Origin: Candidatus Hydrogenedentota bacterium
GTDB taxonomy: Bacteria > Hydrogenedentota > Hydrogenedentia > Hydrogenedentales > SLHB01
Direction: 5' to 3'
DNA: 64,000 bases
NCBI GenBank assembly: GCA_045863295.1
Contig: BTWA01000033.1
Location: forward strand, 1 to 64,000
Under the pieces are notes generated by a model. That model searched no databases. It saw only the letters and a list, made by a program, of their open reading frames with translations, and had not been told where the DNA came from. The position numbers and the translations under genes were made by a program. This document shows, in pieces, positions 29,289 through 38,522 of this stretch. The first letter of the stretch is position 1. Each line of letters opens with the position of its first letter.

Positions 29289-30368
29289 CTAGATGGTTGC
29301 CGCCATACGTTCGGCGCGATCGGCCGATACCAGAGCGTCAATTATTTCCTGCAAGTCGCCTTCCAAAACCAACTCCAGTTGGTGAATGGTCAGGTTGATG
29401 CGATGATCGGTTACCCGATTCTGCGGAAAGTTGTAGGTTCGAATTCGCTCGCTGCGATCTCCTGAACCCACCTGACTCTTGCGATCGGCGGAGCGTTCGG
29501 CATCGTCTTCGGCCTGTTTGGCGGCCAGCAAGCGGGCTCTCAAAACGACAAGTGCTTTCGCTTTGTTCTTATGCTGGGACTTTTCATCCTGACAGGTCAC
29601 AACAAGACCGGTGGGTTTGTGCGTTACACGAACGGCGGAGTCGGTTGTGTTTACGCTTTGTCCACCCGGCCCGGAGGAACGGTACACGTCGATCTGGAGT
29701 TCGTTGGGATCGATGTCGAGTTCGACTTGTTCCGCTTCGGGCAACACGGCTACGGTCACGGCAGACGTGTGAATGCGCCCTTGCGCTTCGGTGGCCGGCA
29801 CACGTTGCACACGATGCACGCCGCCTTCAAACTTCAATTGGCTGTATACGTTGTCGCCGGCGATTTTGAAGGAGACTTCCTTGTAGCCGCCGATGCCGGT
29901 CGGACTGGAGGTGAGGATCTCAACCTTCCACCCCTTGGTTTCCGCGAAGCGCGAATACATGCGGAATAAATCGGACACGAACAACGCCGCTTCTTCGCCG
30001 CCGGTGCCAGCGCGAATTTCCATAATGGTGTTCTTGGCGTCGTTGGGATCTTTGGGGAGGAGCAGGATTTTGACTTCCTGTTCCAGGGCTTCCATGGTCT
30101 CGCGGCTTTCGTGCTTTTCCACTTCGGCCATGGCCCGAAGTTCGGCGTCGCTCTCATCGCGCAGAATCTCTTCCGCGCCTTTGAGCTGTTCTTCCACGCG
30201 CCGGTAGCGCCGGAAACACTCTACCGCACCCGCCAATTCGTGTTGTGACTTGGCTAAGGTGCGGTACCGTTCCGGGTTGGAGGCGACCTCCTGGGTGGCC
30301 ATCTCCGCGGCGATGCGCTCGTACTCGCGCTCAACGGCGAGGAGTTTGTCGTAGACCACCCGTTCCAT
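29289..30368 (-). CDS. prfA: peptide chain release factor 1
   Basis: PAT tripeptide (RVPATE), [17 protein letters not shown]. Confidence 0.98.
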   Translation of the reverse strand: MERVVYDKLLAVEREYERIAAEMATQEVASNPERYRTLAKSQHELAGAVECFRRYRRVEEQLKGAEEILRDESDAELRAMAEVEKHESRETMEALEQEVKILLLPKDPNDAKNTIMEIRAGTGGEEAALFVSDLFRMYSRFAETKGWKVEILTSSPTGIGGYKEVSFKIAGDNVYSQLKFEGGVHRVQRVPATEAQGRIHTSAVTVAVLPEAEQVELDIDPNELQIDVYRSSGPGGQSVNTTDSAVRVTHKPTGLVVTCQDEKSQHKNKAKALVVLRARLLAAKQAEDDAERSADRKSQVGSGDRSERIRTYNFPQNRVTDHRINLTIHQLELVLEGDLQEIIDALVSADRAERMAATI

Positions 30369-30379
30369 GGTTCGCCGGC

Positions 30380-30589
30380 TTAGTTGGCGCTTTTCTTCCC
30401 GTATTTACGGTTGAAGCGATCCACACGGCCTTCGCTGTCCACGAATTTCTGCTTGCCCGTGAAGAACGGGTGGCAGTTCGAGCAGATTTCCACGTTGATG
30501 GCCGGTTTGGTTGACCGGGTCTCGAAAGTGTTGCCGCAGGCACACGTTACGCGCGCCACTTTGTACTCGGGATGAATTCCCTTTCTCAC
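30380..30589 (-). CDS. rpmE: 50S ribosomal protein L31 (Zn-binding type)
   Basis: [30 protein letters not shown] start with GGAGAGG RBS. Confidence 0.97.
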   Translation of the reverse strand: MRKGIHPEYKVARVTCACGNTFETRSTKPAINVEICSNCHPFFTGKQKFVDSEGRVDRFNRKYGKKSAN

Positions 30590-30674
30590 GATACCTCTCC
30601 TACCTCCCACTTTGGGGAGAACACTGGCAGTGACAGCAAATACCCGCCGAGGGGTCATTGGGGTTAACCGAAGG

Positions 30675-30704
30675 AGTGTAGCATACGGATGTTGTGACAA
30701 TCAA
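30675..30704 (-). promoter_or_regulatory. promoter of rpmE-prfA
   Basis: TTGATT, 18 nt, TACACT with an extended -10 TG. Confidence 0.55.
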
Positions 30705-30919
30705 CGCGCAGTTGGGTCCTGGTACGTCTTCTCCGGGGCTTCGGCAGACGCTACATGGCGTTTTGGTATCACTATATAGTCCAAGGTGTTGCACTGTTTT
30801 ACATTGCGGATTGAAACAAGGGGTTTTAATTGATTTTCTTTTTTTGCGAATGCGCAAACACAGAGGTCACATCTACCGCACACGACATGGACGGAGTTCG
30901 CCACATTCCCGCCTGTGTT

Positions 30920-31801
30920 TTATTTCTTGGGCGATGACCAAGCCCACCGGTAGCGGCGCGCGACGGCTAATGCCGCGCACACTGCTCCGCCCACCGTGGC
31001 GCTTGACGCCAAGCCGGGACTGTTGGGGTGCAGGGCGGCCGCTGAGTCTGGATCGGCCTTGGCGACGGCTCGGCGCGGATAGCCGTAGGCGGCATCGCTG
31101 AGTTGGGCGCCGCCGACATCCGCCTGGACCCAGTAAAAGTAATCGTCGCGGGGATTGACGGTCCCTTGCGGGGTGCCGCTGCCGCTCGACCCACAGCCTC
31201 CGCTCTGCTTCCAGTGGTTGAACTCGGGTTCCATGGAGAAGCCCCCTAGTGGCAAACCGGGATCGAATTGTTTCGCGCGGGGCCGGGGGTTGTCGTCCAC
31301 CAGAAAATCGGTGCTGACCGTGGCGATCTGCACGGCCTGGGTAAGATTGTTGTCGTCGGCGCGGAACACGCGGTAATGCGAGACGTTGGCCTGCTTAATC
31401 CACTGCACGCGCACGCTATCCTGCAAGAGTCCCTGTGACGCGGTCACGTTTTCGGGCTTTGCCAATTGCGAGCGCTCGTAGGTGCCGGTCTGAGTGGTGC
31501 CCTGCGTGGTCAAAACAATGGGAATGGGATGAGGTTTGTTCCAATCCCTCACGTCATTGAAGCGAATCGTGAAATTGCCAATCTTGGCGGTGGCGGATTG
31601 TCCGCTGGTAAGCCACACTTCGCCGCCGCCCGGATCGACGTAGGTCCAGCGGGCGCCCTGGGCATTGGCGCCGGCCGGCTGGATGTAGACGGTAATGGTG
31701 CCCTCGCCCGTGACCTGCCCCAATGCGCGACCGGCGGCAAACATTGTCATCATGAAAATGACAATCCTGCCAGCCGACACACGACACGGGTGCGCTGCCA
31801 T
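30920..31801 (-). CDS. secreted/surface protein with a beta-sandwich domain and a fibronectin-III-like domain
   Basis: Signal-like N-terminus; PENVTAS..VRVQW..YRVFR..YFYWVQA; hydrophobic then basic C-terminal tail; CAGGAGG RBS. Confidence 0.7.
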   Translation of the reverse strand: MAAHPCRVSAGRIVIFMMTMFAAGRALGQVTGEGTITVYIQPAGANAQGARWTYVDPGGGEVWLTSGQSATAKIGNFTIRFNDVRDWNKPHPIPIVLTTQGTTQTGTYERSQLAKPENVTASQGLLQDSVRVQWIKQANVSHYRVFRADDNNLTQAVQIATVSTDFLVDDNPRPRAKQFDPGLPLGGFSMEPEFNHWKQSGGCGSSGSGTPQGTVNPRDDYFYWVQADVGGAQLSDAAYGYPRRAVAKADPDSAAALHPNSPGLASSATVGGAVCAALAVARRYRWAWSSPKK

Positions 31802-31931
31802 GATACCGCCTCCTGACCGGATACTATTGTCCGTCAGATCCGGGCAGACAAGCAATACCCAAGAATGGAGGAAAGTGCATGTCTCGAATAAGCAACTGTA
31901 CCAGAATTGTATCTATACAATCCCCTCGAAT

Positions 31932-33620
31932 CTACTTCTCTGTCACGGCAATCTCGCCCCAGTAGGCCGCTTCGCAGAACCACCCCGTGGGTTGGTTGAA
32001 CAGTTCGACTTTCACGGTCTTGCCGGCATGGGGCGTAAGGTCTATGGAATGTTGCATCCAACCGTCTTGCACGGTATCCGCACCGACGGCAGTGTCGAGC
32101 ACGGTCTCGCCGTCTATTTTCGCGACGAGTTGCCAGTCGCCGCCGTCGTGGTGACTGACTGCGAGGTTTAGTGCGGTTGTTTTTCCCGCCTCGATGGCGA
32201 CTTCGCGAGCCAGAACACAGGGTGTTTCCCCGTCGTCGGGATGGGTAACGAGCACGTTGGATCGGCCTCGATACGACGCCCGGATGCCGGGATCCATTTC
32301 GAGCCCGCAATTGTCGACCGTCCACCCCTTCGCGAACAGTTCAATGACCTGGCTCATGTCGGGGCGGCCATCGGACAGATTCTTGGACAGAATATGCTCG
32401 TTCATTTCCGCGTCGCTGTAGCGGCTGTTGGCGATGGGGCCGGGCATCCAGCTTTGCTCCAAGGCGGAAGGTCGGGGCGCTTCGCGGCGGATGTGAAAGA
32501 CCTCCTCCCCGTTGGCGTCTTTCTCGATGCGGCCGCCGCCGCGCACGACAGCGTCCCGCGCAAGGGTTTCGCACACGCCAATCAATTTCGCGAACGAGTA
32601 GCTGGTATGCGTAAACACCATGTCGCGGTTCAGCGCGGAAGTGAATTTCTCAGGCACGTCTTCCAAAGGCATCGTAGCGAAGAGAATGCCCGCCGCGCTG
32701 GAGGGGTTGCAGTCGGAATCCTGGCCGCATCGCATGGAAATCTCAATGGTCTTGTCCAGGTCGCGGCCGCCGTAGAGCAGGCCCATCACAATGTAGGCAC
32801 CGTTGATCTTCGCGTCGATGTTGAAGTTCTTCCTCTTGTCGCCGCAGGACGCTTTCCGGTAGTCCGGATTTTCGTTGTATTTTGCTTCAATCTTTCCCCA
32901 GGTGGCTTCCCAATTCGCCGGGTCCGCCTTCCACCAGGCCAGCACGTCGCGCACGCATTCCGCGTATTGGCTGCCCTCGGGAATCGCCGCCAACCCCGCA
33001 CGCACCAAGGCCTCGGGCTCGCGTTCAAAGAATGCGGCGGAATACATCGCGCCCACGAATTGTCCACCGTACATGCCGTCGCCGTAGTTCATCACCCGGC
33101 CGAACACTTCGCCCAAAACAATGGGCACGTTGGGCATGCCTGGCGCAATCAGTCCGGAGTAATCAGCCTCGATCTGATAATCGATGTCGTCGGCGTGCTC
33201 ATTGAATTGAGGATGGCCGGAATCCGGCGGCGCGATGCCTTGCCGCAAGTTTCTGCGCCCAGCCGAGTTTGCGTGCCACAAAGGATACCCGCTGACGGCA
33301 AAATCGATGCCCGCTTCCTTCAAGGTCACATCCCAGCCGTAAGTCTCCAGCGACTTCAGAAACGTCATTTCAACGTAGAGATCATCCTGCCAGAACTGGT
33401 TGATGATCGTGGGTTCCCACGGGATGACCGCTTCCGGCGGCACGAGAGTTCCGTTGTATTGGAATTCGGTCGGCGCGCCCCAACCCACGCCGGCCATCTG
33501 TCCTATCCAACCCGCCGTCATGCGGCTGACATACTCCTTGACCGGCAGCGTGGCATACTCGTCCTGCGCGTAGGCGCCGAAGCAACTCAGAATCAATCCG
33601 ATGGCGATTACCTGTCTCAT
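31932..33620 (-). CDS. secreted ADP-ribosylglycohydrolase-family protein with a C-terminal beta domain
   Basis: Signal peptide; GVGWGAPTEF, DDLYVE and GQDSDCN metal-binding motifs. Confidence 0.85.
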   Translation of the reverse strand: MRQVIAIGLILSCFGAYAQDEYATLPVKEYVSRMTAGWIGQMAGVGWGAPTEFQYNGTLVPPEAVIPWEPTIINQFWQDDLYVEMTFLKSLETYGWDVTLKEAGIDFAVSGYPLWHANSAGRRNLRQGIAPPDSGHPQFNEHADDIDYQIEADYSGLIAPGMPNVPIVLGEVFGRVMNYGDGMYGGQFVGAMYSAAFFEREPEALVRAGLAAIPEGSQYAECVRDVLAWWKADPANWEATWGKIEAKYNENPDYRKASCGDKRKNFNIDAKINGAYIVMGLLYGGRDLDKTIEISMRCGQDSDCNPSSAAGILFATMPLEDVPEKFTSALNRDMVFTHTSYSFAKLIGVCETLARDAVVRGGGRIEKDANGEEVFHIRREAPRPSALEQSWMPGPIANSRYSDAEMNEHILSKNLSDGRPDMSQVIELFAKGWTVDNCGLEMDPGIRASYRGRSNVLVTHPDDGETPCVLAREVAIEAGKTTALNLAVSHHDGGDWQLVAKIDGETVLDTAVGADTVQDGWMQHSIDLTPHAGKTVKVELFNQPTGWFCEAAYWGEIAVTEK

Positions 33621-33740
33621 GACTACCTCGATACGTGGCTCCATGGCCCCGTTGTTGATGCGGTCAGAGTACCATATCAAGCGCTTCGAATGCGGTCATG
33701 CGACAACGGGATAGGCTGTCGGCTCGATGCTCCCGCAAAT

Positions 33741-34439
33741 TCAGTGGGGTTCTTGCAACCCATGCGCCCGTGCCACGGCGCACCAGTGCGGACGAATGGA
33801 TTTAAATCCGCTGCTGCACGCGCCGTCGGTGCGAAGGGCGGGATTGGGCAGTACGACTCCGTCGTACACGTCAAGCATGTAGCCGGGCAGTTCGATGCAG
33901 CCGTCCACCCACGCTTCAATGACGTATGCCAGCGCCTCGCGATTCAGGCCGTCGTCGTAAATGTAACCGATCTCCTGAATGCCGTTGCCGCCGAGGCTTT
34001 CGAGAAGCGCGTCCAGCGCGGCGGAATCGTCCGCGTAAGCGGGATCTTGCCGGTATTGCGCAAGCCTTTCGATGAAGAGTTCTCGCGAAAGCACGTCGGA
34101 ATAGTCGCACTGGTGAATGTATTCGTGAAAAACAAGCAAGTCAACCCAGGGAAGGCGCGGTTCGTCGGCCGCGAAAGGCACGAGCACTTGCCTTTCATTG
34201 CCGTAACCGAACAGCGCGCTGAGAAAGCGGGAACCCCAATCGTCGCCGACGGACAATGCGTATCCGTCGATGTCGCCTTGGTACATCGGCACATCGCCAA
34301 CAAGTCCGATGGCTTCGGCGGAGAAGTAGTCCGGAAGAATCGCGTCACGAAGATCGTTCAACAAAATCTTCTGCAGCACGCAGCCGCCGGCAACCGCCAA
34401 AATACCCGCGGCCAAGACTATGGCGCGCCCTCTCGACAT
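33741..34439 (-). CDS. putative lipoprotein with an HExxH zinc-peptidase motif
   Basis: Lipobox-like LAVAGGC; HEYIH and a downstream REALAY. Confidence 0.65.
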   Translation of the reverse strand: MSRGRAIVLAAGILAVAGGCVLQKILLNDLRDAILPDYFSAEAIGLVGDVPMYQGDIDGYALSVGDDWGSRFLSALFGYGNERQVLVPFAADEPRLPWVDLLVFHEYIHQCDYSDVLSRELFIERLAQYRQDPAYADDSAALDALLESLGGNGIQEIGYIYDDGLNREALAYVIEAWVDGCIELPGYMLDVYDGVVLPNPALRTDGACSSGFKSIRPHWCAVARAHGLQEPH

Positions 34440-34560
34440 GCCCTGCTCCCCTTCTCCCACGCTTCCGCCCGGTGTGCCCGGACCGGATTATGGCACAATG
34501 CGCCTGGTTGAACGTACAGCGGAGACCGTTCGCTGTCACAAGCACAAGCAGGGGTTAATT

Positions 34561-35307
34561 ATGCAAAAGCAGACGATCTTCATCACCGGCGGCAATGCGG
34601 GCATCGGTTTGGGAACCGCCTTGCGCTTCGCACGCGAGGGCATGAACGTGGCCATTGCCGGCCGCAGGGCGGATGTGAATGCGCAAGCGCGCAGGCAAAT
34701 CGAGGAGGCCGGAGCGGCGTGCCTCGATTTCGCCGGCGACGTCACGGACGAGGCGTTCATGCGCAATGCCGTTGCCACCACGGCTGAATCCTTCGGCGGC
34801 TTGCACTACGCCTTCAACAACGCCGGCGTTGAACAAGTCTCCACACCCCTTCCCGATCAAACCGTGGACGACTACCGCCGAATCATGGATGTGAACGTCA
34901 TGGGCGTATGGCTCGCCATGCGCGAAGAAATTCCCTTCATTCTGAAATCCGGGGGCGGGTGTGTTGTGAACACGTCCTCCGTGGCCGGCGTGATTGGAGT
35001 GGCTCGCGTGCCGGTGTACATTGCCAGCAAGCATGCCGTGATCGGCCTCACGAAATCGGTCGCGTTGGAGTATGCAAAAAAAGGCGTTCGCGTGAATGCC
35101 GTGTGTCCCGGTTCGGTCTATACCGATCTGTACGATCGATTCACGGGCGGCGATCCGGAACGCATGAAGGCCATTGAGGGAATGATACCGATGAAGCGCG
35201 CGGGCACTCCCGACGAAGTGGCGTCCGCTGTCTATTGGCTCTGTACCGAAGCCACATGGACGACCGGCCAGGCGTTGGTCATGGACGGCGGTTTTACCGT
35301 CCCTTGA
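34561..35307 (+). CDS. short-chain dehydrogenase/reductase
   Basis: [17 protein letters not shown]. Confidence 0.93.
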   Translation: MQKQTIFITGGNAGIGLGTALRFAREGMNVAIAGRRADVNAQARRQIEEAGAACLDFAGDVTDEAFMRNAVATTAESFGGLHYAFNNAGVEQVSTPLPDQTVDDYRRIMDVNVMGVWLAMREEIPFILKSGGGCVVNTSSVAGVIGVARVPVYIASKHAVIGLTKSVALEYAKKGVRVNAVCPGSVYTDLYDRFTGGDPERMKAIEGMIPMKRAGTPDEVASAVYWLCTEATWTTGQALVMDGGFTVP

Positions 35308-35349
35308 AACGCGCCCTATGATGAGGCCGCGCTCGGCGACCCATCACGA

Positions 35350-36510
35350 TTAGCCGGGTTCACGCGGGATTCCTTCGACGAGTATGGAATGCCGGCCCCG
35401 GCTGGTTAGCGCGCGATCGAGCACTTCCAGTTCATCGCCTTCGATGATGGTGTAGGGGAATTCCTTGACGCCCTTGTCGTCGAGCACGCCGATGACGTGT
35501 TTTTCAAAATCGCGCTTGCTGGCGGCGACGACCTGGCAACCGAGCGATACGTTCGGTTGCAGCGGCGTACTGCTGTCGATTTCGCGCTTGGAATAGGCGG
35601 AATGGACATTTGCCCCCAGGATTTGGTGCGTTCCTTCGAGCCCTTCGCGCGTGCCCTCGGCTGCGTTGCCCTTGAGCCGGTACGCGGGGTCTTTACCTCG
35701 GTGCAATCCGCGCACGTAGATGACCTGCATGGCACTCAGGCGTCCAACGCCCTGTTTGTTGCTGCTGGATTCCGTGGTCATCCGGTATTCATAGACTTCG
35801 GTAGGCGCGTCGGCCGCTCTCACAAACACGTACATGGTGTCATCGTAGGTCTTGTTGCTGTTGGTCTGAAGTCCTTTAATCAAATCCAGCCCGCGCACGG
35901 CAATGGCGTTGGCCACAGTCTCTCCCGCCTGGGGAGCGCGCCATTCGCCACCTTTGAGGGAGACCACCAGCTTTGCCTCCGCGGCCAGCGCCTCGGCATC
36001 GGCCCCTGTGTAAATGCGCCAGAAGTTTTTTTCTTCTTCCGGATCCACCGCGACCGGCAGTGCATCGTACAGTGCAAGGGTAAGACCGTCGGTTTGAAGG
36101 ACAGAGAAGGCGCGTTCGTTGTATTCCGGTATATTAAGAGCGCGCAGGGGACGCGCCAATGCGCTGAAGGGAACAAGCACGTTGTTGCCGTCTCTGTCGA
36201 CGGCCTCCAACTCGACCGGCTCGGGTGCCAATGAAGGAATGGAGCCGAATTCGCGGATGATTTCGGATTGAATCCGTTCCAGGATCCGGTCCTGAATCAA
36301 TTGAATCAACTCGGCCGCGCGCCCTTGCCGATCGACATGGCGCTTTTTGCCTGTATCTTCGTCCTTGCCGGATGCACTGTCTCGCAGTTCTTGTTCGAGC
36401 AGCGCCTTTAGCTCATCGATCAAGGGGTATTGCGGTGCCGGCGCCTGCGCGTGCACGGCCAAGACGAACAGGCACAATACACCCGTGCCGATCAGGGTGC
36501 GATGGCTCAT
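35350..36510 (-). CDS. secreted protein with an L,D-transpeptidase-like His/Cys motif
   Basis: Signal peptide ending AVHA; C-terminal NVH-x18-SLGCQ. Confidence 0.65.
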   Translation of the reverse strand: MSHRTLIGTGVLCLFVLAVHAQAPAPQYPLIDELKALLEQELRDSASGKDEDTGKKRHVDRQGRAAELIQLIQDRILERIQSEIIREFGSIPSLAPEPVELEAVDRDGNNVLVPFSALARPLRALNIPEYNERAFSVLQTDGLTLALYDALPVAVDPEEEKNFWRIYTGADAEALAAEAKLVVSLKGGEWRAPQAGETVANAIAVRGLDLIKGLQTNSNKTYDDTMYVFVRAADAPTEVYEYRMTTESSSNKQGVGRLSAMQVIYVRGLHRGKDPAYRLKGNAAEGTREGLEGTHQILGANVHSAYSKREIDSSTPLQPNVSLGCQVVAASKRDFEKHVIGVLDDKGVKEFPYTIIEGDELEVLDRALTSRGRHSILVEGIPREPG

Positions 36511-36585
36511 GGTACTGACACTCCATTCCCTGTACTTTAGGCAGCCGGGCGGCTTATTTCATGCCCCCTTACAGTATACACCGGA

Positions 36586-37050
36586 TTACGGCTCGGCCAG
36601 CGCTTCGCGCCATCCATCCGCGAGAATGCCTTGGTTTTCGATGACGATGCGGCGGCGGTCCTGGCCGGCATGTTCCAATCCAATATCCACTCGTCGTGGA
36701 GGCAACAACCCCTCGGCGCGTTCCGCCCATTCCACGGCGACGATTCGGCCGGATTCGAACAGTTCCACGCAACCCAGGTCCGCAATTTCGTCGAGGCTGC
36801 CGAGGCGGTATAGATCCATATGCACCATGGCATCGCCGTATTCGTTGATAAGGGTGAAAGTCGGGCTGTGAATTGGTTTGCCGCCGGTCAATTGCGCCGC
36901 CAGACCGCGCACAAGGCACGTCTTTCCGGACGCCAAATCACCGCGCAACGCGATGACGCCGCCTCCGGGCATCAACGCGGCCAGCAGGCCTCCGATGCGT
37001 TCGGTCTCGCCGGCGGACCCGGTTTCGAGGACTAGCGTGTCGCCGGACAT
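36586..37050 (-). CDS. tsaE: tRNA threonylcarbamoyladenosine biosynthesis ATPase
   Basis: GDLASGKT, SPTFTL, HMDLYRL, VEW. Confidence 0.96.
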   Translation of the reverse strand: MSGDTLVLETGSAGETERIGGLLAALMPGGGVIALRGDLASGKTCLVRGLAAQLTGGKPIHSPTFTLINEYGDAMVHMDLYRLGSLDEIADLGCVELFESGRIVAVEWAERAEGLLPPRRVDIGLEHAGQDRRRIVIENQGILADGWREALAEP

Positions 37051-38519
37051 GGCGTATTGATAGCCTCTTGGAAAAGGTCAATGTACGCCTGGGAAGACCG
37101 CGCCCAGGAAAAGTCCGCGCACATGGCCGCGGCGCGGATCTTGTTGTAGGTGTCACGGTCTTCCCTGAACAGGGCAAGTGCGCGCGCCACCGCTCCTTCA
37201 AATGCGCGCGGCGTGGCAGCTCCGAACACGATGCCGGTGGCTTTACCGGTGGCTACATTGGTTTTGGATGCGTCGGTGACCGTGTTGGCCAATCCGCCCG
37301 TTCTCCGCACGATGGGAACGGAACCGTAGGCCATGGCATAGAGTTGGCTGAGACCGCAGGGTTCGACCCGCGAAGGCATCAAATAAAAATCCGTGCCGGC
37401 ATAAATCTGGTGCGCGAGCGATTCGTCGTAGCCAATGGTCACGGACATCTTTTCCGGGTGCGCCGCGGAAAGCTCGGCCAGTGACTGTTCGTACGCAGGA
37501 TCGCCCGAACCAAGAATGACGATTTGGATATTCCGCGCAAGTAAATTGCCAAGTTCGCCCAACAACAGATCGACACCCTTCAGATACACCAGGCGGCTAA
37601 CAATGCCGAATACCGGCACGTCGACTTCGGGCAGGCCGAGGCGTCGCTGCAAGGCGGATTTGGCCTTGGCTTTGCCATCCATATCGTCCGCATTGAAATG
37701 GTGATCGAGATACGCGTCCGTCGCGGGATTCCATACGGCATAGTCCACGCCGTTAATGATGCCCTGTAGGTCGTCGCGTCGGGAGCGCAGCACGCCGTCC
37801 ATGCCGTGGCCGGCTTCCGGCTGGAGTATTTCCTTGGCATACCTTGGGCTTACCGTGTTGACTTTGGTGGAGCACAGTATGCCGCCTTTCATCAGGTTGA
37901 CATCGCCGTAGAATTCGAGCCGGTCCATGGAGAAATACTCCCAGCTCAAGCCGGTCTTGGCGAATCCTTCCGCTCCGTATCGGCCCTGGTAGGCCAGGTT
38001 GTGAATGGTAAATACGGAAGGCATTCCCCCCCAAAACGGATCCTCCGGGTAGAAGGCCTCCAAATAAACCGGTACCAGACCGGTATGCCAATCGTGACAA
38101 CTCACGACGTCGGGTCGCCAGCCCAGGGCTGCGATTCCCTGCAAGGCGGCCGCGCAAAAGTAGCTGAAACGCTCCAGGTTGTCTCCGTACTCGCTTCCGC
38201 CTTCGCCATACGGCTGCGGCCGGTTGAAGTAGCCTTGATGCTCGATCAGATAGACGGGTATGTCTGTACCGGGCAACGTTGTTTCTCGAAAAGCGCCGCG
38301 CACGGTACGTCCGTTAAGGCGTGCGTCTATGGTATTAGTCTGAGTGCCTTGCCATTTGTTTGGAATACTTCCGTAGGCGGGCATAACGATGCGAATATCG
38401 TGACCTTTGGACTTCAGAGCGATCGGAAGGGCATTGCCCACATCCGCCAAACCGCCCGTTTTCATGAACGGGACAATTTCGGCGGAGACATACAGAATCT
38501 TCAAGGACTTTTCAGACAT
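37032..38519 (-). CDS. glgA: glycogen synthase
   Basis: KTGGLADV, HDWH, TIHNLAYQG, PSRVEPCGL. Confidence 0.97.
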   Translation of the reverse strand: MSEKSLKILYVSAEIVPFMKTGGLADVGNALPIALKSKGHDIRIVMPAYGSIPNKWQGTQTNTIDARLNGRTVRGAFRETTLPGTDIPVYLIEHQGYFNRPQPYGEGGSEYGDNLERFSYFCAAALQGIAALGWRPDVVSCHDWHTGLVPVYLEAFYPEDPFWGGMPSVFTIHNLAYQGRYGAEGFAKTGLSWEYFSMDRLEFYGDVNLMKGGILCSTKVNTVSPRYAKEILQPEAGHGMDGVLRSRRDDLQGIINGVDYAVWNPATDAYLDHHFNADDMDGKAKAKSALQRRLGLPEVDVPVFGIVSRLVYLKGVDLLLGELGNLLARNIQIVILGSGDPAYEQSLAELSAAHPEKMSVTIGYDESLAHQIYAGTDFYLMPSRVEPCGLSQLYAMAYGSVPIVRRTGGLANTVTDASKTNVATGKATGIVFGAATPRAFEGAVARALALFREDRDTYNKIRAAAMCADFSWARSSQAYIDLFQEAINTPCPATR

Positions 38520-38522
38520 TCA

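Noticed and set aside
32241..34511. 756-aa plus-strand ORF
   Set aside because: It lies antisense to two credible minus-strand genes and has no motifs; a typical shadow ORF in GC-rich DNA.
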